A stretch of DNA of 34,426 nucleotides from IMG/VR virus record IMGVR_UViG_3300031965_000102, positions 1-34,426 of that record, one strand, 5' to 3'. Below, piece after piece: positions 1-8,764 of the stretch (within the stretch, counting starts at the first letter, position 1; each line of letters opens with the position of its first letter). The notes beneath the pieces were generated by a model. That model had not been told where the DNA came from, did no database searches, and was given only the letters and a program-made list of their open reading frames with translations. Source of the DNA: a virus. Its lineage: Duplodnaviria > Caudoviricetes. The position numbers were made by a program, and so were the translations under genes.

Positions 1-380
1 AAAAAAAGGGTAGTAGTGTTTTTGAAAATCAGTTCGAGGAATTTTGGAATTCCTTTCCTGTAGTTAATCGCACGAAAGGCTCAATGAAAAAAGCAGAACA
101 AAACCTTAAGGCCGCACTAAAGAAAGATAACTTTAATCAAATATCAAAAGGAGTAAATAGCTATGCAGAATTTATCAAACGTAATGGACAAAGTAATGCA
201 GACGCATTCCGGTGGCTTGCTGATGAACGGTGGAGAGATGATTACACAATCCAATTCCAGCAAAAAACAGGAAGCCCCCAGAAATCAAAACACCAAAGAG
301 CCAGAGAAGCCCTTGGACTCGATATCCCAGAACAAAGAAGCTCAGAGCCGATTGACATCACTCCTGCTGATTTGTTTTGA
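1..380 (+). CDS. Phage replication initiator protein, C-terminal part (5' truncated)
   Basis: The frame is open from base 3 (KKGSSVFENQFEEFWNSFPVVNRTKGSMKKA...), so the gene starts before the ATG at 84. FEEFW..P...K..A and WL.DERW.D motifs are typical of phage initiator C-termini. Confidence 0.75.
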   Translation, partial: KKGSSVFENQFEEFWNSFPVVNRTKGSMKKAEQNLKAALKKDNFNQISKGVNSYAEFIKRNGQSNADAFRWLADERWRDDYTIQFQQKTGSPQKSKHQRAREALGLDIPEQRSSEPIDITPADLF

Positions 381-762
381 TACAATGGACACGTTTGGGA
401 AGGAGCCTGAGCAGCTTGCCAACATTGCGGAAGTGTTTAAGCTCGTCTTAGGCCGATTCACTATTCAGCAGGTCGAAATGGCATTCAGAATTTATATGGA
501 AAAAGAAACTACCATGCCTAAGCCTGCTGATATAGTTAAAATCATAGAGCCTCCCGTAGAGCCTAGAAAGTGGTGCAAGGTAACATTCTTGGATATTAAA
601 CGTAAGAAGCGGGAGAATGTCTTTACTTCGCTTGCCGAAGACCAGTATTGCGAAGATTTTATACGGGCGGCTACTTCGACAACAGGCGATGAGAGGGCGT
701 TGCTTGAGGCTGGATTAAGACAGGAAAGCTTAGAGCATAAGCAGTACTGGATTGGGAATTAA
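163..762 (+). CDS. Putative helicase loader/inhibitor (lambda P / G39P-like position)
   Basis: AAAGGAG RBS at 147-153. Follows the initiator and has a MPKPADIVKII motif like loader-type proteins. Confidence 0.55.
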   Translation: MQNLSNVMDKVMQTHSGGLLMNGGEMITQSNSSKKQEAPRNQNTKEPEKPLDSISQNKEAQSRLTSLLLICFDTMDTFGKEPEQLANIAEVFKLVLGRFTIQQVEMAFRIYMEKETTMPKPADIVKIIEPPVEPRKWCKVTFLDIKRKKRENVFTSLAEDQYCEDFIRAATSTTGDERALLEAGLRQESLEHKQYWIGN

Positions 763-816
763 GCGGGGCGTTATCTATAGGCGGGGGTATTACGGTGAGG
801 TGAGTAAAAATAGTTG

Positions 817-845
817 TTGACATTATATAATGTATAGATTATAAG
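817..845 (+). promoter_or_regulatory. Sigma70-like promoter with overlapping palindromic operator
   Basis: TTGACA(817-822)-N17-TATAAG(840-845), with perfect 14-bp palindrome ACATTATATAATGT at 820-833. Confidence 0.65.
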
Positions 846-866
846 GGTAGCAGGACAACAAAAAGG

Positions 867-1112
867 ATGAATAAAATGAATAATAATTGGTCGGAAGTTT
901 GTATATCAGATAAAACAGGCAAGAAATCATTTGTATGTATTGCAAGCCCCATGTCAACTCATAGTGAAATAAAAAACCTAACGCACCACATGAACAATGC
1001 AAAGAAAAATCCAAGTCAATACAAATTCTTAGATGTTGCTAGTATGTTTATTATGGTTGATGGGCAGCCTAATATGACTGATGATGAGCTTCTAGCGGCG
1101 TTGGGGGTATAA
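867..1112 (+). CDS. Hypothetical protein
   Basis: 81 aa ORF after the promoter, first of a tightly packed run. Confidence 0.7.
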   Translation: MNKMNNNWSEVCISDKTGKKSFVCIASPMSTHSEIKNLTHHMNNAKKNPSQYKFLDVASMFIMVDGQPNMTDDELLAALGV

Positions 1113-1113
1113 G

Positions 1114-1353
1114 ATGACTAAGCACGCTCAAATCGTAGGAATAGACGGCACTGAAATATATATCAGTGATGGGGGTTGCTTAGGCAGTCCATTATCTCGA
1201 TTTGTTTTTGCAGAAACGGTAAAAGAAGCAAGGGAAAGGTGGAATAAGAAATATCCAGATGCTTATGTGAGCGATAACCAATTGGAGGTTCTGGCTAGGG
1301 ATAGCTCTCAAAGAAGGATAGTCGATTTTAAGTTTATAGAGGATGGTGAGTGA
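1114..1353 (+). CDS. Hypothetical protein
   Basis: 79 aa ORF abutting its neighbours. Confidence 0.65.
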   Translation: MTKHAQIVGIDGTEIYISDGGCLGSPLSRFVFAETVKEARERWNKKYPDAYVSDNQLEVLARDSSQRRIVDFKFIEDGE

Positions 1354-1771
1354 AATGTCATATTACGGAATACTAAAAGAGCCTACGGATAAGACGTTGG
1401 AAACAATAGAAAGCACGGTATTGAAATCTTTTGAGCATTTAACGCCGCAAGTGGATAAGTTCATTGACAATGTGCGGGATAAGCTTTGGAGTGATTTTGA
1501 GAATTTCTTAATTGCCGATAATATGGAAAATATAAGGCTTGCCATATCTAGGGAGTGCCAAACAATCATAGAAGCATTTCTTTGCGGAGATACAGAGACA
1601 CTCAAGAAAACCATGATACTTTCGGATTATACCCATAGCCGCTTGCACGAAGTGCGTATGGCAATCTTTAAGGCTTGCGGAGATGAATTGCAAAAAACTG
1701 TTGTGCAGGAATTAGAAGATAAGGTAATTCGCCTTAAAAAAGATGTGGAATTCTATAAGGAGCGTAGGTAA
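1343..1771 (+). CDS. Hypothetical protein
   Basis: 142 aa helical ORF with GAGG RBS and TAATG coupling to the next gene. The start may be 1355. Confidence 0.75.
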   Translation: MVSEMSYYGILKEPTDKTLETIESTVLKSFEHLTPQVDKFIDNVRDKLWSDFENFLIADNMENIRLAISRECQTIIEAFLCGDTETLKKTMILSDYTHSRLHEVRMAIFKACGDELQKTVVQELEDKVIRLKKDVEFYKERR

Positions 1772-2022
1772 TGAAGCATATCTGGCTAGTAACTAAATAT
1801 ACTGATAGTACGGAAGAATTGTTATCTATTCACTCTACTAGAGAAGGGGCAATTCTCGCCGCCCAAGAGGTATGGGGTAGGCATGATGAAAGTACCCTAA
1901 GCGAGTCTGAATTAAAAAGATATAGAGAATGGAAAAGCACAAAAGATTCATTTTCTTGTAAATTCATAGATGATGATACTGTGTATGAATATAGAGTTGA
2001 TAGGGAGGAGTTAAGGCGATGA
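1771..2022 (+). CDS. Hypothetical protein
   Basis: 83 aa ORF with a 'W.V........LSIHSTREGA' N-terminus common in small phage proteins. Confidence 0.75.
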   Translation: MKHIWLVTKYTDSTEELLSIHSTREGAILAAQEVWGRHDESTLSESELKRYREWKSTKDSFSCKFIDDDTVYEYRVDREELRR

Positions 2023-2195
2023 ACTTAACAAGACTTGAAATATATCACTTGCTAGCCCTCTTACTAGAAAGGCAGAATAGCGGTGATTATAGTGGGAACC
2101 CACGACATTATTATAAGCGAAATAACGACTTGATTGAAAAATTTGAGGAACACGTAGCAAACTTAACAAGGATACAAAATGAAAAAACCAGCTAA
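2019..2195 (+). CDS. Small hypothetical protein (58 aa, not in ORF track)
   Basis: ATGA overlap and GGAGGAG RBS. Reads MNLTRLEIYHLLALLLERQNSGDYSGNPRHYYKRNNDLIEKFEEHVANLTRIQNEKTS. Confidence 0.7.
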   Translation: MNLTRLEIYHLLALLLERQNSGDYSGNPRHYYKRNNDLIEKFEEHVANLTRIQNEKTS

Positions 2196-2340
2196 CGAAC
2201 TTAAAACCCCTCCCTATGTTCGGAAGGCGATAAAGAAATACGAATCCGAATGGGTAGAGTTTCGCAAGCGGGTGTTTAAAGACGAATTCGAAAAGCTCCT
2301 AGCCTACTGGAAAAAGCTAGTGGACAGCAGAAAGCGGTGA
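2179..2340 (+). CDS. Small basic protein, possible ribbon-helix-helix-like DNA binder (53 aa, not in track)
   Basis: MKKPANELKTPPYVRKAIKKYESEWVEFRKRVFKDEFEKLLAYWKKLVDSRKR, with AAGGA RBS. The 'RKA.KKY' pattern occurs in small phage regulators. Confidence 0.6.
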   Translation: MKKPANELKTPPYVRKAIKKYESEWVEFRKRVFKDEFEKLLAYWKKLVDSRKR

Positions 2341-2479
2341 GCCTATTTATCACATAGAGGAGCTTGTAGGCAGGAATATCCGCACTATACAGCGTCAGGA
2401 GTCAGGAGAATGGGTTGTAGGTGAGAAAGTGGCGGAAAGGGTGATGGAGCTTAAGAATAACCAACAAAAACAGGACTGA
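2339..2479 (+). pseudogene. Remnant of an XRE-type HTH gene
   Basis: Frame without a canonical start ahead of the motif: ...EELVGRNIRTIQRQESGEWVVGEKVAERVMELK...* resembles the recognition-helix half of an HTH. In-frame TAG at 2318-2320. Confidence 0.45.
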
Positions 2480-2483
2480 AATC

Positions 2484-2894
2484 GTGAACGTAACTGAAAA
2501 ATACCGCAAGGCTTGCGATGATGTAGCGAGAGTGTTTACCGAAAAGTACTTTAAGCACGAACGCTATGGGATAGATACAGACTGGGCGGGGGGTGAAGTC
2601 GGCGGGGTTTACTGTGTCGCTGGCATGTATTTAAACGTGGACAGAATGATTGAAGCCTTGGAAACTAAGGCTACGTATGAACAGCTTGCGGATTTTGCAG
2701 ATTTAGAGCTTGAATGTGGTATGGCATATTCGGAAGCTACAAAATCCATCGAAGAAAGCCCCGCTCCCCCGATTAATTTTAGGAACTTTGTAAAGTACGG
2801 GTTAGCGTTGGTGGATAAAACGGGCGTGGCGGGGTCAAACTTGCCGCCGGAGCAACAAGAATGGATTTTAGATATACGGCGGGGCAGTAAATGA
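2484..2894 (+). CDS. Hypothetical protein
   Basis: 136 aa, GTG start, CAGGA RBS. Confidence 0.7.
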   Translation: MNVTEKYRKACDDVARVFTEKYFKHERYGIDTDWAGGEVGGVYCVAGMYLNVDRMIEALETKATYEQLADFADLELECGMAYSEATKSIEESPAPPINFRNFVKYGLALVDKTGVAGSNLPPEQQEWILDIRRGSK

Positions 2895-3091
2895 AAAACA
2901 AGCAGCCTGTAGCGTTATTTAAAACGCACTTGCCAAAAAAGGGGAAAAGGTGGAGTCCAGAAGAGGACGTTAAATTACTGGAAATGGCTGAATCAGGTAA
3001 ATCATACCTTAAGGCCGCCAGAGAATTAGGCCGGCCTTATAGCGTGATTGCTAGGAGATTGTGGATTTTAAGAAAGCAGAACACTCCGTAA
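2891..3091 (+). CDS. Myb/SANT-like (GcrA-N-like) HTH DNA-binding protein
   Basis: RWSPEEDVKLLEM...GKSY..AARELGRPYSVIARRL motif. Confidence 0.7.
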   Translation: MKNKQPVALFKTHLPKKGKRWSPEEDVKLLEMAESGKSYLKAARELGRPYSVIARRLWILRKQNTP

Positions 3092-3200
3092 ACTACCGAA
3101 GCTCCGCCGACAGCCCGGAAAAAATCGTAGTTTGTTGGGGGAATGCATAATGAAGCGCGGGTGTTATCCAGCCTGTTTAAGGTTGGGAGGTTGTTAAAAC

Positions 3201-3240
3201 TTGATTATTTAGCTATTTACGGTATGATAATATAATTATC
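3201..3240 (+). promoter_or_regulatory. Putative promoter of the packaging operon
   Basis: TTGATT(3201)-N16-TATGAT(3223), with inverted repeat GATAAT-ata-ATTATC at 3226-3240. Confidence 0.5.
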
Positions 3241-3258
3241 ACACAAAAAAGGTTAAGC

Positions 3259-3672
3259 ATGAGCTATCTTATTAAGGTTGAGGGTGAGTTGGTAGTAAAA
3301 GATGGCGCAGGCCGAATGATAGAGTTTTACGAGGAGGATTTCATACTTGATATATCAGACAAAAACAAAGCACGCTCCCTGATTCGCAAGGGATTAATCA
3401 CAGAAAGACTGCAAAAGAAAACACATGGTTTTAAATCAGTCAGAACATGTCAGGTGATATCAATAGAGCCTACAGAAGAAAAATCAGAAGTAAGCGATTT
3501 AACCACGGCTATGCTAAAAGCCATAGAGTTGGGATGCGTCCCCGAAAATATAGATAATTACAAAAGACAAGACTACAAGCTTAAAGCTGTACAAAAAGCA
3601 ATAGAGAATTTCGAACAACGCAAGAAGGCAAAAAAGCCCGATAACGTGACAAATGAAGGTGTTGTTGATTAA
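3259..3672 (+). CDS. Hypothetical protein upstream of terminase
   Basis: 137 aa, AAAGG RBS. Confidence 0.75.
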   Translation: MSYLIKVEGELVVKDGAGRMIEFYEEDFILDISDKNKARSLIRKGLITERLQKKTHGFKSVRTCQVISIEPTEEKSEVSDLTTAMLKAIELGCVPENIDNYKRQDYKLKAVQKAIENFEQRKKAKKPDNVTNEGVVD

Positions 3673-3706
3673 TAGTGTAACAATTCTAAAGTAGATTTAT
3701 GGAATT

Positions 3707-4069
3707 ATGGGATTAAAGCCCGGAAAGAAAGCAGGAAGTCCTAAAACAGGCGGTAGGACAAAAGGAACGTCAAATAGGCTCACGGCTGATTACAAAGACA
3801 TTATAGCCAAAAGCAACCCTATTGATTTCCTCATTAGTGCATTTACCAAGGGTTATATTGAGGGTGCGGTTAATCCCATTCAAGAAGATGATAGCGATAA
3901 ATACCTAACATTGACCTTTAAAGAGCGTTGTGATATAGCTCGTGACCTTGCTAAGAAGATTGTTCCTGATTTAAAGGCTGTTGAACATACCGGAAAAGAT
4001 GGCGAGGCTATTGACCACAGTATTACAGTTACGTTTATCACTACTAAAAGTGGAATAACTAAATCCTAG
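3707..4069 (+). CDS. terS: Terminase small subunit (putative)
   Basis: KTGGRTKGTSN N-terminal motif and VEHTGKDGEAI C-terminal motif, directly upstream of TerL. Confidence 0.8.
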   Translation: MGLKPGKKAGSPKTGGRTKGTSNRLTADYKDIIAKSNPIDFLISAFTKGYIEGAVNPIQEDDSDKYLTLTFKERCDIARDLAKKIVPDLKAVEHTGKDGEAIDHSITVTFITTKSGITKS

Positions 4070-4109
4070 ACGCCTTAAATCGCGGCAATATAGTAACCAC
4101 AGGTTTATT

Positions 4110-5426
4110 TTGGCCAATGTCACCATCCCAGAAGCCTTCAAAGAGCTATTCATTCCCAAGCGATATAAAGTTTACTATGGCGGCCGTGGTGGTGCTAAGT
4201 CACACGCTATTGCCAGAGCGCTGCTTATTAAAGGCATGGAAAAGCCTTTGAGGATTGTTTGCGCTCGCGAGATACAGAGGGCAATTAAAGGCTCTGTACA
4301 TGCTTTGCTTGCTGACTTGATCCGTAGTCATGAACTGACAGGCTTCTATGAAATTCAAGAGGCGATGATAAAGGGCAAAAATGGGACAGAGTTTATATTT
4401 CGTGGCTTAAAGCACAACACCACTGATATGAAATCGCTTGAAGGTGCTGATATTCTGTGGATAGAAGAGGCCGAAAACGTTTCAAACAACTCATACGAGA
4501 TAGCAATCCCGACAATCCGAAAAGAAAAATCCGAAATATGGGTATCGTTCAACACCAAGAATATTACAGACCCTACGTACAAACGGTTTGTTGCCACTCA
4601 AGACCCTGATATATTATGCCGTAAGGTGTCATGGCGTGATAATCCATTTTTTCCGGAGGTTTTGGACAAAGAGCGTCAACGCTTAATGCGTGACGATTAT
4701 GAGGCGTATTTACATGTTTGGGAGGGTGAGCCTGATATTAGGCATTCCGGGGCTGTTTACGCTAAGAAAATAGCCAAGGCAAGGGAAGAGGGGCGTATTA
4801 CAACAGTTCCTTACGATGCTAATTTCCAAGTATTTACCGCGTGGGATTTGGGATTCGGTGATGCCACGTCAATTTGGTGGTTGCAGTTTGTCGGGCGTGA
4901 GCTGCGCTGGATAGATTTCTACGAAAACAACGGAGAATTACTAGACCACTACGCAAAGGTTATAAAAGAAAAGCCGTATAATTATTACGCTAAAGGGCAT
5001 TTTCTGCCGTTTGATGGTGCTGCTGGTAATATTAGAGGTGAGGCTGTCCCTACGCAATTAAAGAAAATGGGTATTGATACAACTACGCTGCCAAAAGCGA
5101 CGGACTTGCGAGCTGAAAGAGATTTGCTCAACAACACAATAGCCTTCTCGGTATTTGACGATAAGAAATGTGCTGATGGCATATTATCATTGGAGAGTTA
5201 TCATTTTGAATGGGATGAAGATAGGGGGGTGTTTAAGAAAGAGCCGCTACATGATTGGAGTTCAAATGGAAGCGACGCCGCCCGATATGCTGCTGTTGCC
5301 GCCAGTAAAATCAAAGGTGGATTATTAAACTCCACACCGACCGCAATCACCAACAAGGCAGCACCCTTACAATCAGTTTCAAGATTTAAAGGCAATAACG
5401 CAAAAAGATTGCGGGGTAGGAGATAA
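4110..5426 (+). CDS. terL: Terminase large subunit, PBSX-like
   Basis: Walker A YGGRGGAKS, Walker B WIEEAE, nuclease motifs AWDLGFGD and PLHDWSSNGSDAARY. TTG start. Confidence 0.95.
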   Translation: MANVTIPEAFKELFIPKRYKVYYGGRGGAKSHAIARALLIKGMEKPLRIVCAREIQRAIKGSVHALLADLIRSHELTGFYEIQEAMIKGKNGTEFIFRGLKHNTTDMKSLEGADILWIEEAENVSNNSYEIAIPTIRKEKSEIWVSFNTKNITDPTYKRFVATQDPDILCRKVSWRDNPFFPEVLDKERQRLMRDDYEAYLHVWEGEPDIRHSGAVYAKKIAKAREEGRITTVPYDANFQVFTAWDLGFGDATSIWWLQFVGRELRWIDFYENNGELLDHYAKVIKEKPYNYYAKGHFLPFDGAAGNIRGEAVPTQLKKMGIDTTTLPKATDLRAERDLLNNTIAFSVFDDKKCADGILSLESYHFEWDEDRGVFKKEPLHDWSSNGSDAARYAAVAASKIKGGLLNSTPTAITNKAAPLQSVSRFKGNNAKRLRGRR

Positions 5427-5437
5427 AATGCTATTCT
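5409..5437 (+). promoter_or_regulatory. Putative sigma70-like promoter for the portal operon
   Basis: TTGCGG(5409)-N17-TATTCT(5432) with an extended -10 TG. Confidence 0.45.
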
Positions 5438-5466
5438 ACATATGGAATTTGTGAAATGGGGGTTGT

Positions 5467-5796
5467 ATGGCGGGTGTTAGTATTGGCACCTTGGCGTTGG
5501 CTGCTGGAGCAGCTGCCGCCGGGGGAACTGCGGTGGGGGTAAAACAGGTTAAGGATAGCAAAGAAAGCGCGGCAAGGGCGCAATTTTCTGCGGCAAGGGC
5601 AGCGGAGGATAAGCAGGCTGCACTAAAAGCCTCAGAGGAAAAGGCCGCCTCTGATAAGCTGGCGATGGAAGAAGAAAACAAGAAGAAAATATCAGCCACT
5701 CAGTCGGAGAGTAAGAGGTCGGCATTAAGTAATTACCTTGCACAAGAGGGCGGAAACGAGCAGAGCCGCAGAAGGTTCTTAGTTGGGGCTAAGTGA
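5467..5796 (+). CDS. Small Ala-rich virion-associated protein
   Basis: Gly/Ala hydrophobic N-terminus plus coiled coil, in the pre-portal position. Confidence 0.65.
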   Translation: MAGVSIGTLALAAGAAAAGGTAVGVKQVKDSKESAARAQFSAARAAEDKQAALKASEEKAASDKLAMEEENKKKISATQSESKRSALSNYLAQEGGNEQSRRRFLVGAK

Positions 5797-5951
5797 TGGA
5801 TAAACGCAATAAACTTGGCAGATTTGTTTTCTTTAAATTGGCGAACAGCCACTTTCATACCAACTTTCCCAAGCTTTATTTTAAGATTCTAGGTAAACGA
5901 AAGTGGCTAATATTTACGTGGTTTTCTTATCAGTTCCAGTATGAGTCTTAA
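5796..5951 (+). CDS. Small basic aromatic-rich protein (51 aa, not in track)
   Basis: TGATG coupling. MDKRNKLGRFVFFKLANSHFHTNFPKLYFKILGKRKWLIFTWFSYQFQYES fills the gap to the portal gene. Confidence 0.55.
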   Translation: MDKRNKLGRFVFFKLANSHFHTNFPKLYFKILGKRKWLIFTWFSYQFQYES

Positions 5952-5954
5952 TAA

Positions 5955-7643
5955 ATGAAAGAATATAAAAAAGTCATAGACGACTTCAACCGCATGAAAA
6001 CAGAGCGTTCCAATTGGGATGTTATGTATCAGGTGCTCGGTGAATACATTTCCCAAATCAAACAGAACTTTGAAGGGCAGCCCTCTAATGGCGAATTCCT
6101 AACAGAAGAGGTATTTGATTCTACCGGAGCATTTGCAGCTTACGGTTCTGCCAGTGCTTTGCTTGGGATGTTGTGGCCGGGAACTGCTAAACAAGCTCTC
6201 GAGATAACTCCTCCCGAAGATATGCCGGAATCCACAGAGCTTTCAGAGTTTTACGGAAACATGACCAAGAAGCTGACAAGGGCTATGGATGACCCGAAAG
6301 CTAACCTTGCGCTTGCCTTGGATGAATACATGCTTGACCAGATGATATTTGCAACGTCTGGTGTTGGTGTTGAGCGTGGGGATGAATCTAAGTTATTGTA
6401 TAAGGCTTATGGTGTTAAGGAGATTTACATAGGCGAGGGCAAAAACGGCAGGGTTAATAAGATAGCGTTGTTCTATGAATGGGATGCGGTAAGGGTAGTC
6501 GATGAATATGGCGAAGATAGCGTAAGCGAAAAAACCCGCAAGGCTGCTGAATCTGGAATGAACGCAAAGGTTAAAATCCTAATTGTAATACAAAAGCGCA
6601 AAGAGAAGAAAGCAGAGAAGGGCAAGTTTGCCATGCCCTATGAGTCCCTGCATCTTGAATACGAAACTTATCATTTACTTAAAGAGGAAGGATTCCACGA
6701 GTTACCCATTGCGGTTGTCAGGTTCCGCAAGTTAAACTATGAGAAGCAGGGACGTGGCCCCGGAATGAATGCACTACCTGATATTAGGGAGGCGAATGCT
6801 TTACGTGAGGCTGTTATCATCGCCACTGAAAAAGCCCTTGATATGCCGATTGGTGTTATTGATGACGGCATGTTGGGTGGTGGCACTATTGACACTTCCG
6901 CTCGAGCCGTGAATGTGTTTAATGCGTCTGCAAATATAGGCAATACGCCACCTGTTTTTGATATCGGTAAAGCTCCTGATATACGATACGCAGAGGCAAG
7001 GCTTGAGAAATTAGAACAAACAATATCCCAGCATTTTAGCATTGATAGATTAATAGACTTCAACAACGAAACGCAAATGACGTTTGGCGAGGCTCAAATC
7101 CGTGACCAGATAAGGACGGCCTCACTGCTCGGATTGTTCAGCAGACAGATAGCTGAGGGATTTACTCCGATTATCGAGCGTAGTATTAATATGTTATGGC
7201 GTGACGGTGAATTTGGAGTTATGCCTGGCAGTGAAGAGGAAATTGAATTAAAGGCGCTGGGAAAAGAGGTTAAATACTTCCCCGAAGAAATACAAAAACG
7301 CCTTAAGGCTGGTGAAGATATTTATGAGATAACCTATAAGACAAAAGCCGCTAATGCGGCAAGGGCAGAAGAATATATTGCCATTATTGACGTGATGACC
7401 TTTGCCACTCAGGCAATGGCGGTTGATGAGTCGGTAAGACACAGGGTTGACCTTCATGAGGGAATTAAGACTATTGCCAATATACGCGCGTTACCAGTTG
7501 GTATTATACGTCAGGATGACGAGGTTGAAGCTTTAACCAGGCAAGAACAAGAGCAAATGCAGCAGATGCAGCAGATGCAGATGGCAGAGCAAGCGGCTGG
7601 AGCTTATGAGAAGGCAGCTAAGGGAGATGCGGCATTAGCATGA
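5955..7643 (+). CDS. Portal protein (head-tail connector, Bbp21/T7 gp8-like)
   Basis: 562 aa, FDSTG..A, GRGPGMNALPDIR and MT..E..IR motifs, Q/M-rich C-terminus. Confidence 0.9.
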   Translation: MKEYKKVIDDFNRMKTERSNWDVMYQVLGEYISQIKQNFEGQPSNGEFLTEEVFDSTGAFAAYGSASALLGMLWPGTAKQALEITPPEDMPESTELSEFYGNMTKKLTRAMDDPKANLALALDEYMLDQMIFATSGVGVERGDESKLLYKAYGVKEIYIGEGKNGRVNKIALFYEWDAVRVVDEYGEDSVSEKTRKAAESGMNAKVKILIVIQKRKEKKAEKGKFAMPYESLHLEYETYHLLKEEGFHELPIAVVRFRKLNYEKQGRGPGMNALPDIREANALREAVIIATEKALDMPIGVIDDGMLGGGTIDTSARAVNVFNASANIGNTPPVFDIGKAPDIRYAEARLEKLEQTISQHFSIDRLIDFNNETQMTFGEAQIRDQIRTASLLGLFSRQIAEGFTPIIERSINMLWRDGEFGVMPGSEEEIELKALGKEVKYFPEEIQKRLKAGEDIYEITYKTKAANAARAEEYIAIIDVMTFATQAMAVDESVRHRVDLHEGIKTIANIRALPVGIIRQDDEVEALTRQEQEQMQQMQQMQMAEQAAGAYEKAAKGDAALA

Positions 7644-7948
7644 TTGAAATAGACCAGAAGTGTTTTGTCACCGCTCTGAATGAAGTTGCCGCAACTGATA
7701 GCGGCAAGATAGTATTAGCTTGTTTAAAGGATTCCTGTCAATGGGATGAGACGTATTTATCTTCTGATAATCCACAGGCAACGCAATTCTACGCAGTGAA
7801 GCGTGGGATATACGGAGGCCTTCGCAAACTAATCAAAATCAGTTACCTAAAAGAAATCGAATATAACTATAAAAGGAAAGCCGAAGATGGAAGAAAACCC
7901 ACAAAACCAAGAAACGCAAGGCCAAGCGACAGAGCAAAGCCAAAATGA
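7640..7948 (+). CDS. Bbp19-like protein
   Basis: TDSGKIVLACLKD motif, between portal and scaffold. Confidence 0.7.
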   Translation: MIEIDQKCFVTALNEVAATDSGKIVLACLKDSCQWDETYLSSDNPQATQFYAVKRGIYGGLRKLIKISYLKEIEYNYKRKAEDGRKPTKPRNARPSDRAKPK

Positions 7949-8729
7949 GTTTACTATCCCAGATAGCTATAAAGACCGTGGGTGGGCTGAGAAGATTAAA
8001 TCCACTGATGATTTGTGGAAAGGTTACGATAATGCCCAGTCTTTAATCGGCAAGCGTCCTGCGGGGATTCCATCTAATGATGCGAGTGACGATGATTGGA
8101 ATCAGTTCTATAAAGCGATGGGTAGACCTGATGAGCCAAAGTATGATTTTAACGACCCTGAGGGATTGCCGGAGGGGTTTGACACCAGCTCATTTAAAGA
8201 GCAAGCAGCGCAGATATTGCATAAAGCTGGATTAAACACTAAGCAAGCCGATGCGGTTTATCAGGAGTATTTAAAGCTTGAGCTGGAGTCCGCTAATCAA
8301 CAGGGAACGCAATCCGCAGAGCAGCAGGCCGCCCTTGAGGAGCAGTTTGAGAAACTAACCAAAGAGCATTTTGGTGATGATGTAGACAAATACACAGAGT
8401 TAACAAAATTAGAATTTGATAAACATGTACCTCAGTCTTTAAAGGAGACGTTCACTAAGCTTACTGACATGCCTGATGTTTTAACAGCCTTAATGGCTTA
8501 TACAAAAAGCAAGCAAGGAGAGATTGACAGGATTAAGAAAGAGTACAATGCAGAAGGCAGTTTATCGAGTGGCGAGCAGAGCGCATCAAGGAATATTGAA
8601 GATGTCCACAAAGAGTGGGCTAAGCTTGTTACGTCTCCATCTGCGAGAGATTTTACCAGCCCTGAATATAAACAGACTATGACAAAAATACAAGAGCTGC
8701 AGGGTATAATAGACCGCAGCAAAAAATAA
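7887..8729 (+). CDS. Capsid assembly scaffolding protein
   Basis: Acidic. Motifs DDLWKGYDNAQSLIG, FYKAMGRPDEP.Y and KAGLNTKQA, directly before the capsid gene. Confidence 0.85.
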   Translation: MEENPQNQETQGQATEQSQNEFTIPDSYKDRGWAEKIKSTDDLWKGYDNAQSLIGKRPAGIPSNDASDDDWNQFYKAMGRPDEPKYDFNDPEGLPEGFDTSSFKEQAAQILHKAGLNTKQADAVYQEYLKLELESANQQGTQSAEQQAALEEQFEKLTKEHFGDDVDKYTELTKLEFDKHVPQSLKETFTKLTDMPDVLTALMAYTKSKQGEIDRIKKEYNAEGSLSSGEQSASRNIEDVHKEWAKLVTSPSARDFTSPEYKQTMTKIQELQGIIDRSKK

Positions 8730-8758
8730 TTGCTATCCACGGTCATTTAATGTACAAT
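8730..8758 (+). promoter_or_regulatory. Sigma70-like promoter for the capsid operon
   Basis: TTGCTA(8730-8735)-N17-TACAAT(8753-8758), predicting +1 near 8765. Confidence 0.65.
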
Positions 8759-8764
8759 TATATT

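Noticed and set aside
763-790. Recurrent GCGGGG motif as a Chi-like signal
   Set aside because: Most copies elsewhere fit Ala/Gly codons on the coding strand. Enrichment cannot be shown without counting.
3090-3200. tRNA or ncRNA in the intergenic gap
   Set aside because: Only a weak AAACTAC/GTAGTTT pairing, with no cloverleaf or T-loop motif.
8747-8761. CtrA box (TTAA-N7-TTAT)
   Set aside because: One mismatch in AT-rich DNA, and not repeated at other promoters.
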